A stretch of DNA of 64,000 bases from Rubrivivax sp. (GTDB lineage Bacteria; Pseudomonadota; Gammaproteobacteria; Burkholderiales; Burkholderiaceae_C): positions 747-64,746 of the forward strand of contig JADJYX010000011.1 in the NCBI GenBank assembly GCA_016719535.1, in the 5' to 3' direction. A program made the position numbers and the translations under genes. Shown piece by piece: positions 40,144 through 49,122 of this stretch. Each line of letters begins with the position of its first letter. Positions within the stretch are counted from its first letter, which is position 1. Under the pieces are notes generated by a model. It ran no database searches. It was not told the DNA's origin and saw only the letters and a program-made list of their open reading frames with translations.

Positions 40144-41036
40144 CCGGCCCGGCAGGGCCGGTCGTCAACCGCCGCGCGCTGGCCCTGCTGGCGCTGCTGA
40201 CCCTGGTCTGGGGCACCAACTGGCCGCTGTTTCCGGTGGTCCTGCGCGAGGTCTCGGTGTGGACCTTCCGCGCCCTCTCGATGACCGGCGCCGGGCTGCT
40301 GCTGCTGACGGTGGCACGGCTGCGCGGCCAGCCGCTGGCCATTCCGCGCCGCCACTGGCGGGCCGTGCTGCTGGGGGCACTGATCTACCTGGCGGTGTGG
40401 AATATCGCCTCGGCGCTGGCGGCGGTGCTCATCCCGTCGGGCCAGGCCGCGGTGCTGGGCTTCACGATGCCGCTGTGGGCGGCGCTGATCGGCTGGGGCG
40501 TGCTGGGCGAGCGGCTGTCGCCACGCCAGTGGCTGGCGGTGGCGCTGGCCGGCTGCGGCGTGCTGCTGCTGGCCTGGCGCGGCCTGGGCGCCTACGCGCA
40601 GGCGCCGCTGGGCCTGGCGCTGGCGCTGCTGTCGGCGCTGGGCTGGGCGGTGGGCACGCTGATCATCAAGCGCAGCGGCGTGGCGGTGCCGGCCACGGTG
40701 CTGACCGGCTGGCAGCTGCTGGTGGCCTCGGTGCCCATCACCGTGTGTGCGCTGGCCATCGGCTCCGGCAGCTGGTTCTGGCCGTCGCCGCTGACGCTGC
40801 TGGTGATGGCCTATATCACCGTCGTGCCGATGGGCATCGGCAACGTGGCGTGGTTTTCCATCGTCGGGCTGCTGCCGGCCAACGTGGCCGGGCTGTCGTC
40901 GATCCTGGTGCCGGTGGTGGCGATGGTCACCGGCGCGCTGGTGCATGGCGAGCCGCTGGGGCCGGTGCAGATCGCAGCCATGGCCTGCTGCGCGGCGGCG
41001 CTGGCGCTGACGATGATGACGCCGCGGCGCGGCTGA
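40140..41036 (+). CDS. EamA/DMT family transporter
   Basis: VWGTNWP, two EamA repeats, about 10 hydrophobic helices. Confidence 0.92.
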   Translation: MTGPAGPVVNRRALALLALLTLVWGTNWPLFPVVLREVSVWTFRALSMTGAGLLLLTVARLRGQPLAIPRRHWRAVLLGALIYLAVWNIASALAAVLIPSGQAAVLGFTMPLWAALIGWGVLGERLSPRQWLAVALAGCGVLLLAWRGLGAYAQAPLGLALALLSALGWAVGTLIIKRSGVAVPATVLTGWQLLVASVPITVCALAIGSGSWFWPSPLTLLVMAYITVVPMGIGNVAWFSIVGLLPANVAGLSSILVPVVAMVTGALVHGEPLGPVQIAAMACCAAALALTMMTPRRG

Positions 41037-41043
41037 GGGTCGC

Positions 41044-41601
41044 TCAGGCGTGCAGCCGGCTCGATCGCGGCACCGACGCCAGCAGGAAGTCCATCTGGTC
41101 GACCAGGATGCGCCGCCCGCGCAGGATCATGTCCTCGTGCAGGCTGGGCACGTAGGGCAGGTAGAGCAGGCTCATGCGCGCCTCTTCGGGCAGCCGGTTG
41201 CCCTTGCGGCCGTTGCAGCCGCGGCAGGCGGTGATGCAGTTCATCCAGCTGTCGCTGCCGCCGCGCGACACGGGCACGATGTGCTCGCGCGTCAGCTCGT
41301 CGAAGTGGAAGTGGCCGCCGCAATAGGCACAGATGTGGCGGTCGCGCGCGAACAGCTTGGGGTTGGCCAGCGCCGGCGATTGCCGCCAGGCACGCGACGG
41401 GACGGCGCCGCGCACCGCGACGATGGGGTGCACCTCGATGCGCGACTGCAGCCCGGTGGTGCGCTGGATGCCGCCGCGCAGCACGTGGAAGGCCTGGCCC
41501 AGCGTCCAGGCGATGGCGTCGCTGGCATAGAGCACCGCCGCTTCCTTCGGTGAGATCCACGCCTGGGGCCGACCCGAAATGTCGAGCTGCAGCACATCCA
41601 T
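41044..41601 (-). CDS. HNH endonuclease
   Basis: RDRHICAYCG, TREHIVPVSRGG, NCITACRGCNGRK. Confidence 0.9.
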   Translation of the reverse strand: MDVLQLDISGRPQAWISPKEAAVLYASDAIAWTLGQAFHVLRGGIQRTTGLQSRIEVHPIVAVRGAVPSRAWRQSPALANPKLFARDRHICAYCGGHFHFDELTREHIVPVSRGGSDSWMNCITACRGCNGRKGNRLPEEARMSLLYLPYVPSLHEDMILRGRRILVDQMDFLLASVPRSSRLHA

Positions 41602-41633
41602 GGGCCGAGCGTACCGCATGCGGCCGCACCGGC

Positions 41634-43656
41634 TCAATCGACGGCTGTGATCTCGGGGCTGCTCGTGGGTTCGCCGGGGGCGGCGGCGAAGACCTCGCCG
41701 GCAAAGGCCTGCCGGTGGCCGCGGTCGTTCAGCGCCCACATCAGCAGCCCGTCACCGTCCATCGGGCGCGCCAGCAGAAAGCCCTGCAGCTCGTCGCAGC
41801 CCAGTTCGGTCAGCATGCGCTGCTGCTGCACCGTCTCCACGCCCTCGGCCACCACCTTGAGCCCGAGCGCATGCGCCAGCCGCACCACCGCGTCGACGAC
41901 GGCGCGCGCGTCGGCGCTGTGGCCGAGGTCGGTGACGAAGGCGCGGTCGATCTTCAGCTCCTTGGCCGGCAGCTTGCGCAGATAGGCCAGGCTGGAATAG
42001 CCGGTGCCGAAGTCGTCGATCGACACGCTGATGCCCATGGCGCCGAGCTCGCGGAAGATCTGCTGCGCGACGTCGGTGTCCTGCATCGCCGCCGTCTCGG
42101 TGATCTCGCAGGTCAGCAGCGCCGCCGGCGCGCCATGCCGCTGCAGCGCGCGGCGCAGCCGCTGCGCCAGGTCGGGCTGCTGCATCTGCTGCGCCGAGAC
42201 ATTGATCGCCACGCGCAGGCGCAGGCCGTGGTCGCACCAGCGGCGCAGTTCGCGGCTGGCGGCCAGCATCACCCAGTCACCCAGCGGGCCCATCAGCCCG
42301 TGGCGCTCGGCCAGCGGGATGAAGACACCCGGCGAGATGCGCCCGCGCGTCGGATGCTCCCAGCGCAGCAGGGCTTCGACGGCGGTGACGCGGCCGTCCT
42401 GGGCGTCGATCTTGGGCTGGTACTGCAGCGCCAGCGCATCGCCGGCGATGGCGGCGCGCAGCGCCTGCAGCAGCTCGAGGTCGGTCTCGCTGGCATCGGC
42501 ACCGTCGGCGGCAAAGGGGCGATGGCGTTGCCCGGCCCGCCGCGCCTGCCGCACGGCCTGCTCGGCGGCGCCGATCAGCCGCTGGGCATCCAGGCCGCCG
42601 GGACCGGTGACGCTGCCCACGGTGCAGAGCGGGCGCAGTTCGCGCTCACCAGCGACGATCGGGCGGCCGACCGCGGCGATGACACGTTGCGCCAGCCGTT
42701 CCACCGCCGCCTGCTCGGCCACGCCCTGGGCCAGCAGCAGAAAGTGGGCGTCGCCCAGCCGCGCCAGGCGGTCGCTGCCGCGCTGCAGGTGCGCCAGCCG
42801 CCGCGCCACCTTGTCCAGCGCCCGTTCCGCCAGCGCCGCGCCGAGCTGCTGGACCAGGCGATCGACGGCATCGACCTCCACGCGCAGCACGGCAAAACCC
42901 TGGCCATGGACCAGGGCCTGCTCGAGGTGGCGTTCGAATTCGCCACGGGTGATGACGGCGGGCTCGCTCGCCGCGGCCGGCGCGGCTTCTTCCGGCGGCG
43001 CGGCGGCGGGCGCCGGCTTCGTCGCCCAGGCCTGCAGCGCCAGCAGGCCGAGCAACGCCGCCAGCAGCAGCCAGGTGCCGCCACCGACGGTGGCCGCGGG
43101 GCCGCTGGCGGCCGCGGCGCCGCACAGGGTGCCCACCAGCACCGCGCTGCCGATGCGCGCGCGCCGGCGCTCCGGGCCCTGGCGCAGCAGCAGCGCCGCC
43201 AGGGCCGGCGCCAGCGCCGGGGCCAGGGCCACGGTCACCAGGTCGGCGGCGGCCAGCGAGCGGGCGCCTGCCGGCTGCAAGGCCCACCAGGCCGGCGCGG
43301 CCGCCAGCAAGGCGGCGGCAGCCGCGCGCGCACGGGCCGGTCGGTCCCACCAGCTGGCAGCCAGCAGGGCCAGCAGGGCCACCAGCGCCGGTGCGGCGGC
43401 ATCGGCCAGTGTCGGCGGCGCAGGGCCCGTCAGCAGCCGTGGCCAGCCGAGTGCCAATGCCAGCAGCAGCAGCGTACCGGCCTGGGTGGCGGTGCGCAGC
43501 GGCGGGCGGCGGGCGGCCGCCGGCGGGCCGCGCGGGGGTGCGCAGCGCGCGCGTGGCGGGTGCGGTCGCGCGGTCGTACTGCTGTGCACCCAGCCAGGCG
43601 AGCGCGGCCGTGCCCAGCAGGGCGGCCAGGCCGAGGGTCAGCGGGTTGTCGTCCAT
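41634..43656 (-). CDS. Membrane-anchored degenerate-GGDEF/EAL phosphodiesterase, with one frameshift near 43500-43570
   Basis: The ATG at 43656 (MDDNPLTLGLAALLG) is out of frame with ORF 41634..43589. The GGDEF site is degenerate (RLGDAHF); the EAL motifs EALLRW, DDFGTG, ELKID, EGVE and QG are intact. Confidence 0.85.
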
Positions 43657-43688
43657 GGGTGACGCGGGGCGCGGGGCTTCGTCAAGGT

Positions 43689-45761
43689 TCAACCGGCGGC
43701 GCGTGCCACCTCGCCCAGGGCCTGGGCGATGAACTGGCCGCGTTCGATCGCCGCCGCCAGGCCGGCGGCGCGCAGCTTGTGCAGCGTGGTGCTCGTCATC
43801 GAATGCTTGACGGCGCTCTGGCGCCCGCTGAAGACGAAGAGCGAGCGGTCCAGGCTGCGCCAGACCAGTTGCGCATTGGTCCAGCGGCCCTGGACGAACA
43901 GCCGGCACAGGGTGCCGGGTTCGAGCGCGCCGAGCCAGGCTTCGCAGGCGGCATGGGCGCGCTGGCTGGCTTCGGGGCCGGGGCCCATGTCGATCTGCAC
44001 CGTGGCCAGGGCCTCGTGCAGGCCGAGCGGATCGACCGCGGTGTGCACGGCCGGCCCGGTGTCGGCTTCATCGTCGGCCGCGTCCTCGCTGTCGGCGGCG
44101 CCGCCGCCCGCATGCAGCGCCGTGGCCGCGGGTCGGGTGTCGTCGACGCTGTGCAGCGTGTGGCGGGCGTCGGTCCAGGGCCTGCGCAGGCTGCGGCCGA
44201 GGTCGGCCAGCTCGGCCTCGACGCGGGCCGGCGGCAGTCCGGCCTCGGTCAGGCCCAGCCGCGCATGGGTCATGCAGCGCGTATAGACATCCGCCGCCAG
44301 CGCGCGGTTGTGCGGCCGGCTGCAGGCGTCGAGCAGGGTTTCGATCATCTCGGCCTGCACCTGGAACTGGGTGCTGTCGAAGCCGTGCTGCTGCGCGCTG
44401 TGCGCCAGCGCCGTGGTCCAGGGCCCGACCAGAAACTGATGCAGCGCGGCCGGCACCGGCGTGCCGCGCAGCTGCTGCAGGATCTGCTCGCGCACGCGCG
44501 TCTCGATCTCGTCGCGCACCAGCTGGGCCTGCATGACGGCGGCCTGCGGGGCCAGTTGCCGTGCCTCGGCGTCGAGCCGGTCGGAGGCGGCGTCGTCCAT
44601 CGCGTCCAGCGCCACGCGCAGCTGCGTGGCATCGGGCGGGTCGGTCTGCTCCAGCCGGCTGACGGCGGCCTCGAAGGCGGCGCCCGGCTGGCCGGCCTGC
44701 GTGAAGTCGATGTCGTCCAGCACGGCGCCGGTCGATACCAGCCGGTCGAGCAGCTGCCACAGCGGGTGCTCGGGCAGGCGCCACAGCTCGGGCTCGCTCA
44801 CCGCCATTCGCCGGGCCGGCGATTCCAGGCGGCGGATCAGCGTGCGCGTGCCCTCGGTCAGCCCGGCACGGCGGTGCAGCACCGCCAGCAGCTTGGCCAT
44901 GATCTCGGCCGGCGGCTGGGCGGTGCCGTCTTCGCCGCCGTCGGCAGCCGCCAGCCGCCGCAGCGCCTGCTCGGCCATCGCCCAGGGTGCCGCCGAGCCG
45001 GGCATGCGGCCGACGATGTGGGTGCGCAGCGGCCCTTCGTCGGGGCCGTCGTCGCCGTCCGCGCCGGCATCGCGCAGGCCGCCGGGCAGGTCGCGCGAGA
45101 CATAGTGCAGGGGTTGCACGCCCCAGGCGTTGAGCAGCGCCACCTGGTGCGCATAGACCGGGGCCAGCTGGGCACCGAGCGCGGGGGCCAGCCGGCGCAG
45201 CAGGTCCAGCCGCTGCTGGGGTTCGAGTCCGAAGCCGGCGACGCCCTGCCGCAGCCCGCGCGCCACCACCGTCGGGCGCATCGGGTGGGCATCGGGCCTG
45301 ACGTTGCACAGGCCGCGCAGCGCGGAGCAGCGGGCGGCCAGGTCGCGCAGCGTGGCGTCCGACTCCAGCTCGGCGACCTGGACCAGCCGCGACAGGGCGA
45401 TGTCCTCGTCGATGGTGTCCTCGTCCAGCAGCGACAGCGCCTGCACCGACGCCGCGGCGGCGCGGGGCCCGCTGTCGTGGCCTTGCAGCTCCTCGTCGAT
45501 GGCCTGCCCGATGGCCCGCACCAGACCCTGTTGCCAGACCGGGCGCTGCGCACGCAGGCTCTGGCGCAGCGCGGCCAGCCGCGCACGGTCGGCGGGCAGC
45601 GCCGTGGCCTGCGCGGCGCCGTCCAGCGCCTCGACGGCCGCTTCCAGGCCGACGGAAAGCCACTCGCCCAGGCCCTGGTGCAGGGCGCGGGCGAACGCCG
45701 ACAGCGTGGACGAGGCGGATGCGCTGCGGTCGACGGCGACCGGAGCCTGGGCAGCTGGCAT
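43689..45761 (-). CDS. DUF1631-like helical protein
   Basis: LSLLDEDTIDEDI, HPMRP, HPLWQLLDRL, FLVGPW, C-terminal LVWRS..SLFVF pattern. Confidence 0.7.
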   Translation of the reverse strand: MPAAQAPVAVDRSASASSTLSAFARALHQGLGEWLSVGLEAAVEALDGAAQATALPADRARLAALRQSLRAQRPVWQQGLVRAIGQAIDEELQGHDSGPRAAAASVQALSLLDEDTIDEDIALSRLVQVAELESDATLRDLAARCSALRGLCNVRPDAHPMRPTVVARGLRQGVAGFGLEPQQRLDLLRRLAPALGAQLAPVYAHQVALLNAWGVQPLHYVSRDLPGGLRDAGADGDDGPDEGPLRTHIVGRMPGSAAPWAMAEQALRRLAAADGGEDGTAQPPAEIMAKLLAVLHRRAGLTEGTRTLIRRLESPARRMAVSEPELWRLPEHPLWQLLDRLVSTGAVLDDIDFTQAGQPGAAFEAAVSRLEQTDPPDATQLRVALDAMDDAASDRLDAEARQLAPQAAVMQAQLVRDEIETRVREQILQQLRGTPVPAALHQFLVGPWTTALAHSAQQHGFDSTQFQVQAEMIETLLDACSRPHNRALAADVYTRCMTHARLGLTEAGLPPARVEAELADLGRSLRRPWTDARHTLHSVDDTRPAATALHAGGGAADSEDAADDEADTGPAVHTAVDPLGLHEALATVQIDMGPGPEASQRAHAACEAWLGALEPGTLCRLFVQGRWTNAQLVWRSLDRSLFVFSGRQSAVKHSMTSTTLHKLRAAGLAAAIERGQFIAQALGEVARAAG

Positions 45762-45970
45762 GGAGTGACGAATCCGGTGACGAATCGGGTGGCGAGGGTA
45801 ACGGCGGGACAGCGGATCTGAACCTCCGCAGTTTCGGCACCGGCGCGCCGATCTTGATGGCCCACGCCTTGGGCGAGTCAGATCTTTGCGCGCACGGCGG
45901 CCAGCTAGAGATGGACGTCTATTTTTTCTCGCCTGGCGGCCGGTTCGGTCCGTCGGGGCAGGGCAGAATA

Positions 45971-45982
45971 GAACGATCGTTC
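45971..45982. promoter_or_regulatory. Perfect 12-bp palindrome GAACGATCGTTC, probable operator of the adjacent TetR (fatty-acid degradation regulator)
   Basis: Exact palindrome about 20 nt upstream of the TetR start, at the head of the beta-oxidation operon. Confidence 0.7.
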
Positions 45983-46002
45983 GTTTTATTTCTCCGCCAA
46001 CC

Positions 46003-46692
46003 TTGAGCGCTGCCCGTCCCCTTGCCTCGCCGCCGTCGCGCTCCCTGCACAAGGGCCAGCAGACGCGCGCGACCATCCTCGATGCGGCGCTGACGCTGGC
46101 TTCGCACATGGGGCTGGAGGGGCTGTCCATCGGCGCGCTGGCCGAGGTGACGGGCATGAGCAAGTCGGGTGTCTTCGCCCACTTCGGCTCGCGCGAGGAA
46201 CTGCAGATCTCGGTCATCCGCGAATACCACACGCGCTTCGAGGAGGAAGTCTTCTTCCCCGCCATCCGCGAGCCGCGCGGCCTGCCGCGGCTGCGTGCGC
46301 TGTTCGAGCGCTGGGTACGCCGCGTCTCGGTCGAGCTGGATTCCGGCTGCATCTACATCAGCGGCGCGGTCGAGTTCGACGACCGTCCGGGCCCGGTGCG
46401 CGACGCGCTGGTGGAGATGGTGCGCACCTGGCACGCGGCGCTGGATCGCGCCATCCGCGGCGCCATCGACGAAGGTCACCTGCGCGCCGATACCGATGCG
46501 GCGCAGATGCTGTTCGAGATCCACGGCCTGATCCTGGCCCTGCACCACGATGCGCGCTTCCTGCGCAACGACGGCACGCTGGTGCGTGCCCGCGCCGCCT
46601 TCGACCGCGTCGTGCGCGACCACGAATCGCCCCCCGCGCCCACACCCGCCGCCACGCCGCCGCCGGCGCGCGCCGGCCGCGTGCGCCCCTGA
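46003..46692 (+). CDS. TetR/AcrR family regulator of the beta-oxidation operon
   Basis: KGQQTRATIL...GLSIGALA...MSKSGVFAHFGSREEL HTH; the TTG start position is uncertain. Confidence 0.9.
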   Translation: MSAARPLASPPSRSLHKGQQTRATILDAALTLASHMGLEGLSIGALAEVTGMSKSGVFAHFGSREELQISVIREYHTRFEEEVFFPAIREPRGLPRLRALFERWVRRVSVELDSGCIYISGAVEFDDRPGPVRDALVEMVRTWHAALDRAIRGAIDEGHLRADTDAAQMLFEIHGLILALHHDARFLRNDGTLVRARAAFDRVVRDHESPPAPTPAATPPPARAGRVRP

Positions 46693-46737
46693 CGCCGCAC
46701 TTTCGTCCGCCTTCAACCCGATCCCGGAGGTTCTGCC

Positions 46738-48528
46738 ATGCCCCAGTACAACCCGCCCCTGCGCGACATGCAGTTCGTGCTGCACGAACTGCTCGGCGCC
46801 GCCGATGAGCTGAAGCTGATGCCCAGACACGCCGAGATCGACGCCGACACGCTGAATGCCGTGCTGGAAGAGGCCGGCAAATTTGCCGCCGAGGTGACGG
46901 CGCCGCTCAACAGCCCAGGCGACGCCGAAGGCTGCGCGCTCGACAAGGCCACGCACGAGGTGCGCACGCCCAAGGGCTTCAAGGAGGCCTATGCAAAATA
47001 TGTCGAAGGCGGCTGGCCGGCGCTGAGCTGCGACCCGGCCTACGGCGGCCAGGGCCTGCCGCTCGTGCTCAACCAGTGCCTGTACGAGATGCTCAATTCG
47101 GCCAACCAGGCCTGGACCATGTACCCGGGCCTGAGCCACGGCGCCTACGAGGCGCTGCACGCCCACGGCACCGACGAGCAGAAGGCGACCTACCTGCCCA
47201 GGCTGACCAGCGGTGAATGGACCGGCACCATGTGCCTGACCGAGCCGCATTGCGGCACCGACCTCGGCCTGCTGCGCAGCAAGGCCGAGCCGCAGGCCGA
47301 CGGCAGCTACAAGCTCACCGGCCAGAAGATCTTCATCAGCGCCGGCGAGCACGACATGGCCGCCAACATCGTGCACCTGGTGCTGGCCCGGTTGCCCGAC
47401 GCGCCGGCCGGCAGCAAGGGCATCAGCCTGTTCATCGTGCCCAAGTTCCTCGTCCATGCCGACGGCAGCCTGGGCGCGCGCAACGCCATCACCTGCGGTG
47501 CGCTCGAGCACAAGATGGGCATCCACGGCAATGCCACCTGCCAGATGAACCTCGACGGCGCCGTCGGCACGCTGGTGGGCCAGCCCAACAAGGGCCTGCA
47601 GGCGATGTTCGTGATGATGAATGCCGCGCGCCTGGGCGTGGGCAACCAGAGCCTGGGCCTGACCGAGGTGGCCTACCAGAATGCCGTGGCCTATGCCAAG
47701 GACCGCATCCAGATGCGCGCGCTGTCGGGCCCGAAGGCGCCCGACAAGCCGGCCGACCCCATCATCGTGCACCCCGACGTGCGCAAGATGCTGCTCACCG
47801 CCCGCGCCTATGCCGAGGGCGGCCGCGCGCTGGCGATCTATATCGCGCTGCTGATCGACAAGGAGCTGTCCAGCGACGACGCCGACGAGCGCAAGGAGGC
47901 TGCCGACCTGGTGGCGCTGCTGACGCCGATCGTCAAGGCCTTCCTCACCGACAACGGCTGGATCGCCACCAGCCACTGCCAGCAGGTCTTCGGCGGCCAC
48001 GGCTATATCCACGAATGGGGCATGGAGCAGTTCGTGCGCGACAGCCGCATCAACATGATCTACGAGGGCACGAATACCGTGCAGTCGCTGGACCTGCTGG
48101 GGCGCAAGGTGCTGGGCGACAACGGCGCCAGGCTGAAGAAGTTCGGCAAGCTGATCCAGCAGTTCGTCGAGGACGAGGGCACGAACGAGGCGATGCAGGA
48201 ATTCGTCAACCCGCTGGCCGACCTGGGCGACAAGGTCACCAAGCTGACGATGGAAATCGGCATGAAGGCCATGGGCAATGCCGACGAGGTGGGCGCCGCC
48301 GCGGTGGACTACCTGCGCATCTGCGGCCACCTCACCTTTGCCTATTTCTTCGCCCGCATGGCCAAGATCGCGCTCGCCAGGCAGGACAGCGGCGACCCCT
48401 TCTACACCGCCAAGCTGGCCACCGCGCGCTTCTATTTCGCCAAGCTGCTGCCCGAGACGGCCGGCCTCATCCGCAGCTGCCGCGCCGGCCTGCAGCCCTT
48501 GATGGCGATGGACGAGGCGCTGTTCTGA
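46738..48528 (+). CDS. Acyl-CoA dehydrogenase
   Basis: GTMCLTEPHCGTDLG, KIFISAG, HKMGIHG, IYEGTN. Confidence 0.96.
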   Translation: MPQYNPPLRDMQFVLHELLGAADELKLMPRHAEIDADTLNAVLEEAGKFAAEVTAPLNSPGDAEGCALDKATHEVRTPKGFKEAYAKYVEGGWPALSCDPAYGGQGLPLVLNQCLYEMLNSANQAWTMYPGLSHGAYEALHAHGTDEQKATYLPRLTSGEWTGTMCLTEPHCGTDLGLLRSKAEPQADGSYKLTGQKIFISAGEHDMAANIVHLVLARLPDAPAGSKGISLFIVPKFLVHADGSLGARNAITCGALEHKMGIHGNATCQMNLDGAVGTLVGQPNKGLQAMFVMMNAARLGVGNQSLGLTEVAYQNAVAYAKDRIQMRALSGPKAPDKPADPIIVHPDVRKMLLTARAYAEGGRALAIYIALLIDKELSSDDADERKEAADLVALLTPIVKAFLTDNGWIATSHCQQVFGGHGYIHEWGMEQFVRDSRINMIYEGTNTVQSLDLLGRKVLGDNGARLKKFGKLIQQFVEDEGTNEAMQEFVNPLADLGDKVTKLTMEIGMKAMGNADEVGAAAVDYLRICGHLTFAYFFARMAKIALARQDSGDPFYTAKLATARFYFAKLLPETAGLIRSCRAGLQPLMAMDEALF

Positions 48529-48569
48529 GGCCAAGATCGACCATTCGAACCACGACCGGGAGACCCGAT

Positions 48570-49001
48570 ATGCGCCATCTGATTGCCACCCTCACGCTGG
48601 CCCTGCTGGCCGGCACCGCCGCTGCCCAGGCCTCGCCGGCCGGCCTGTGGAAGACCATCGACGACGAGACCCAGCAGGAAAAGTCGCTGGTGCGCATCGT
48701 CGACAACGGCGGCACGCTGGTCGGCCGCATCGAGAAGCTGACCGATCCCGCCAAGGCCGACGCCAAGTGCGACAAGTGCGAGGGCGCGAAGAAGGACCAG
48801 CCGATCACCGGCATGACCATCGTCGAAGGCGTGAAGAAGAATGCCGCCGAGCCCTGGTGGGACGGCGGCACCATCCTCGACCCCAACAACGGCAAGACCT
48901 ACAAGGTGCGTCTGACGCCCAAGGACGATGGCAAGAAGCTGGAAGTGCGCGGCTTCATCGGCCCCTTCTACCGCAACCAGACCTGGATCCGGGTTCAATG
49001 A
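48570..49001 (+). CDS. DUF2147 family exported protein
   Basis: Signal peptide then GLWKTIDD...GGTILDPNNGKTY...LEVRG...RNQTW; C-terminal end of ORF 47217..49001. Confidence 0.88.
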   Translation: MRHLIATLTLALLAGTAAAQASPAGLWKTIDDETQQEKSLVRIVDNGGTLVGRIEKLTDPAKADAKCDKCEGAKKDQPITGMTIVEGVKKNAAEPWWDGGTILDPNNGKTYKVRLTPKDDGKKLEVRGFIGPFYRNQTWIRVQ

Positions 49002-49080
49002 CCCCCCCGAAGCGCCTGCGGCGCCTCCCCCCAGGGGGCGCCCCCAGCGGCCCGGCAAAGCCGGATCCGCGCCGGCCGCT
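49002..49080. repeat. Intergenic REP/MITE-like palindromic element
   Basis: Nested hairpins GCGCC-TGC-GGCGC, CCCCC-A-GGGGG and CCGGC-AAA-GCCGG; a related copy sits at 49246-49315. Confidence 0.7.
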
Positions 49081-49122
49081 TGACGACGATGCTGGCGCCT
49101 GTGCGCCCTGGAGAACATGAAG

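Noticed and set aside
41044-41601. HNH gene as a homing endonuclease or defence system
   Set aside because: No intron, intein, methylase or mobile context; codon bias is host-like. Treated as an ordinary stand-alone HNH.
41550-45821. 1423-aa + strand ORF (and similar long ORFs such as 34316..38488 and 45919..48534)
   Set aside because: These are antisense shadows of well-supported genes, expected at this GC content; they show no recognisable motifs.
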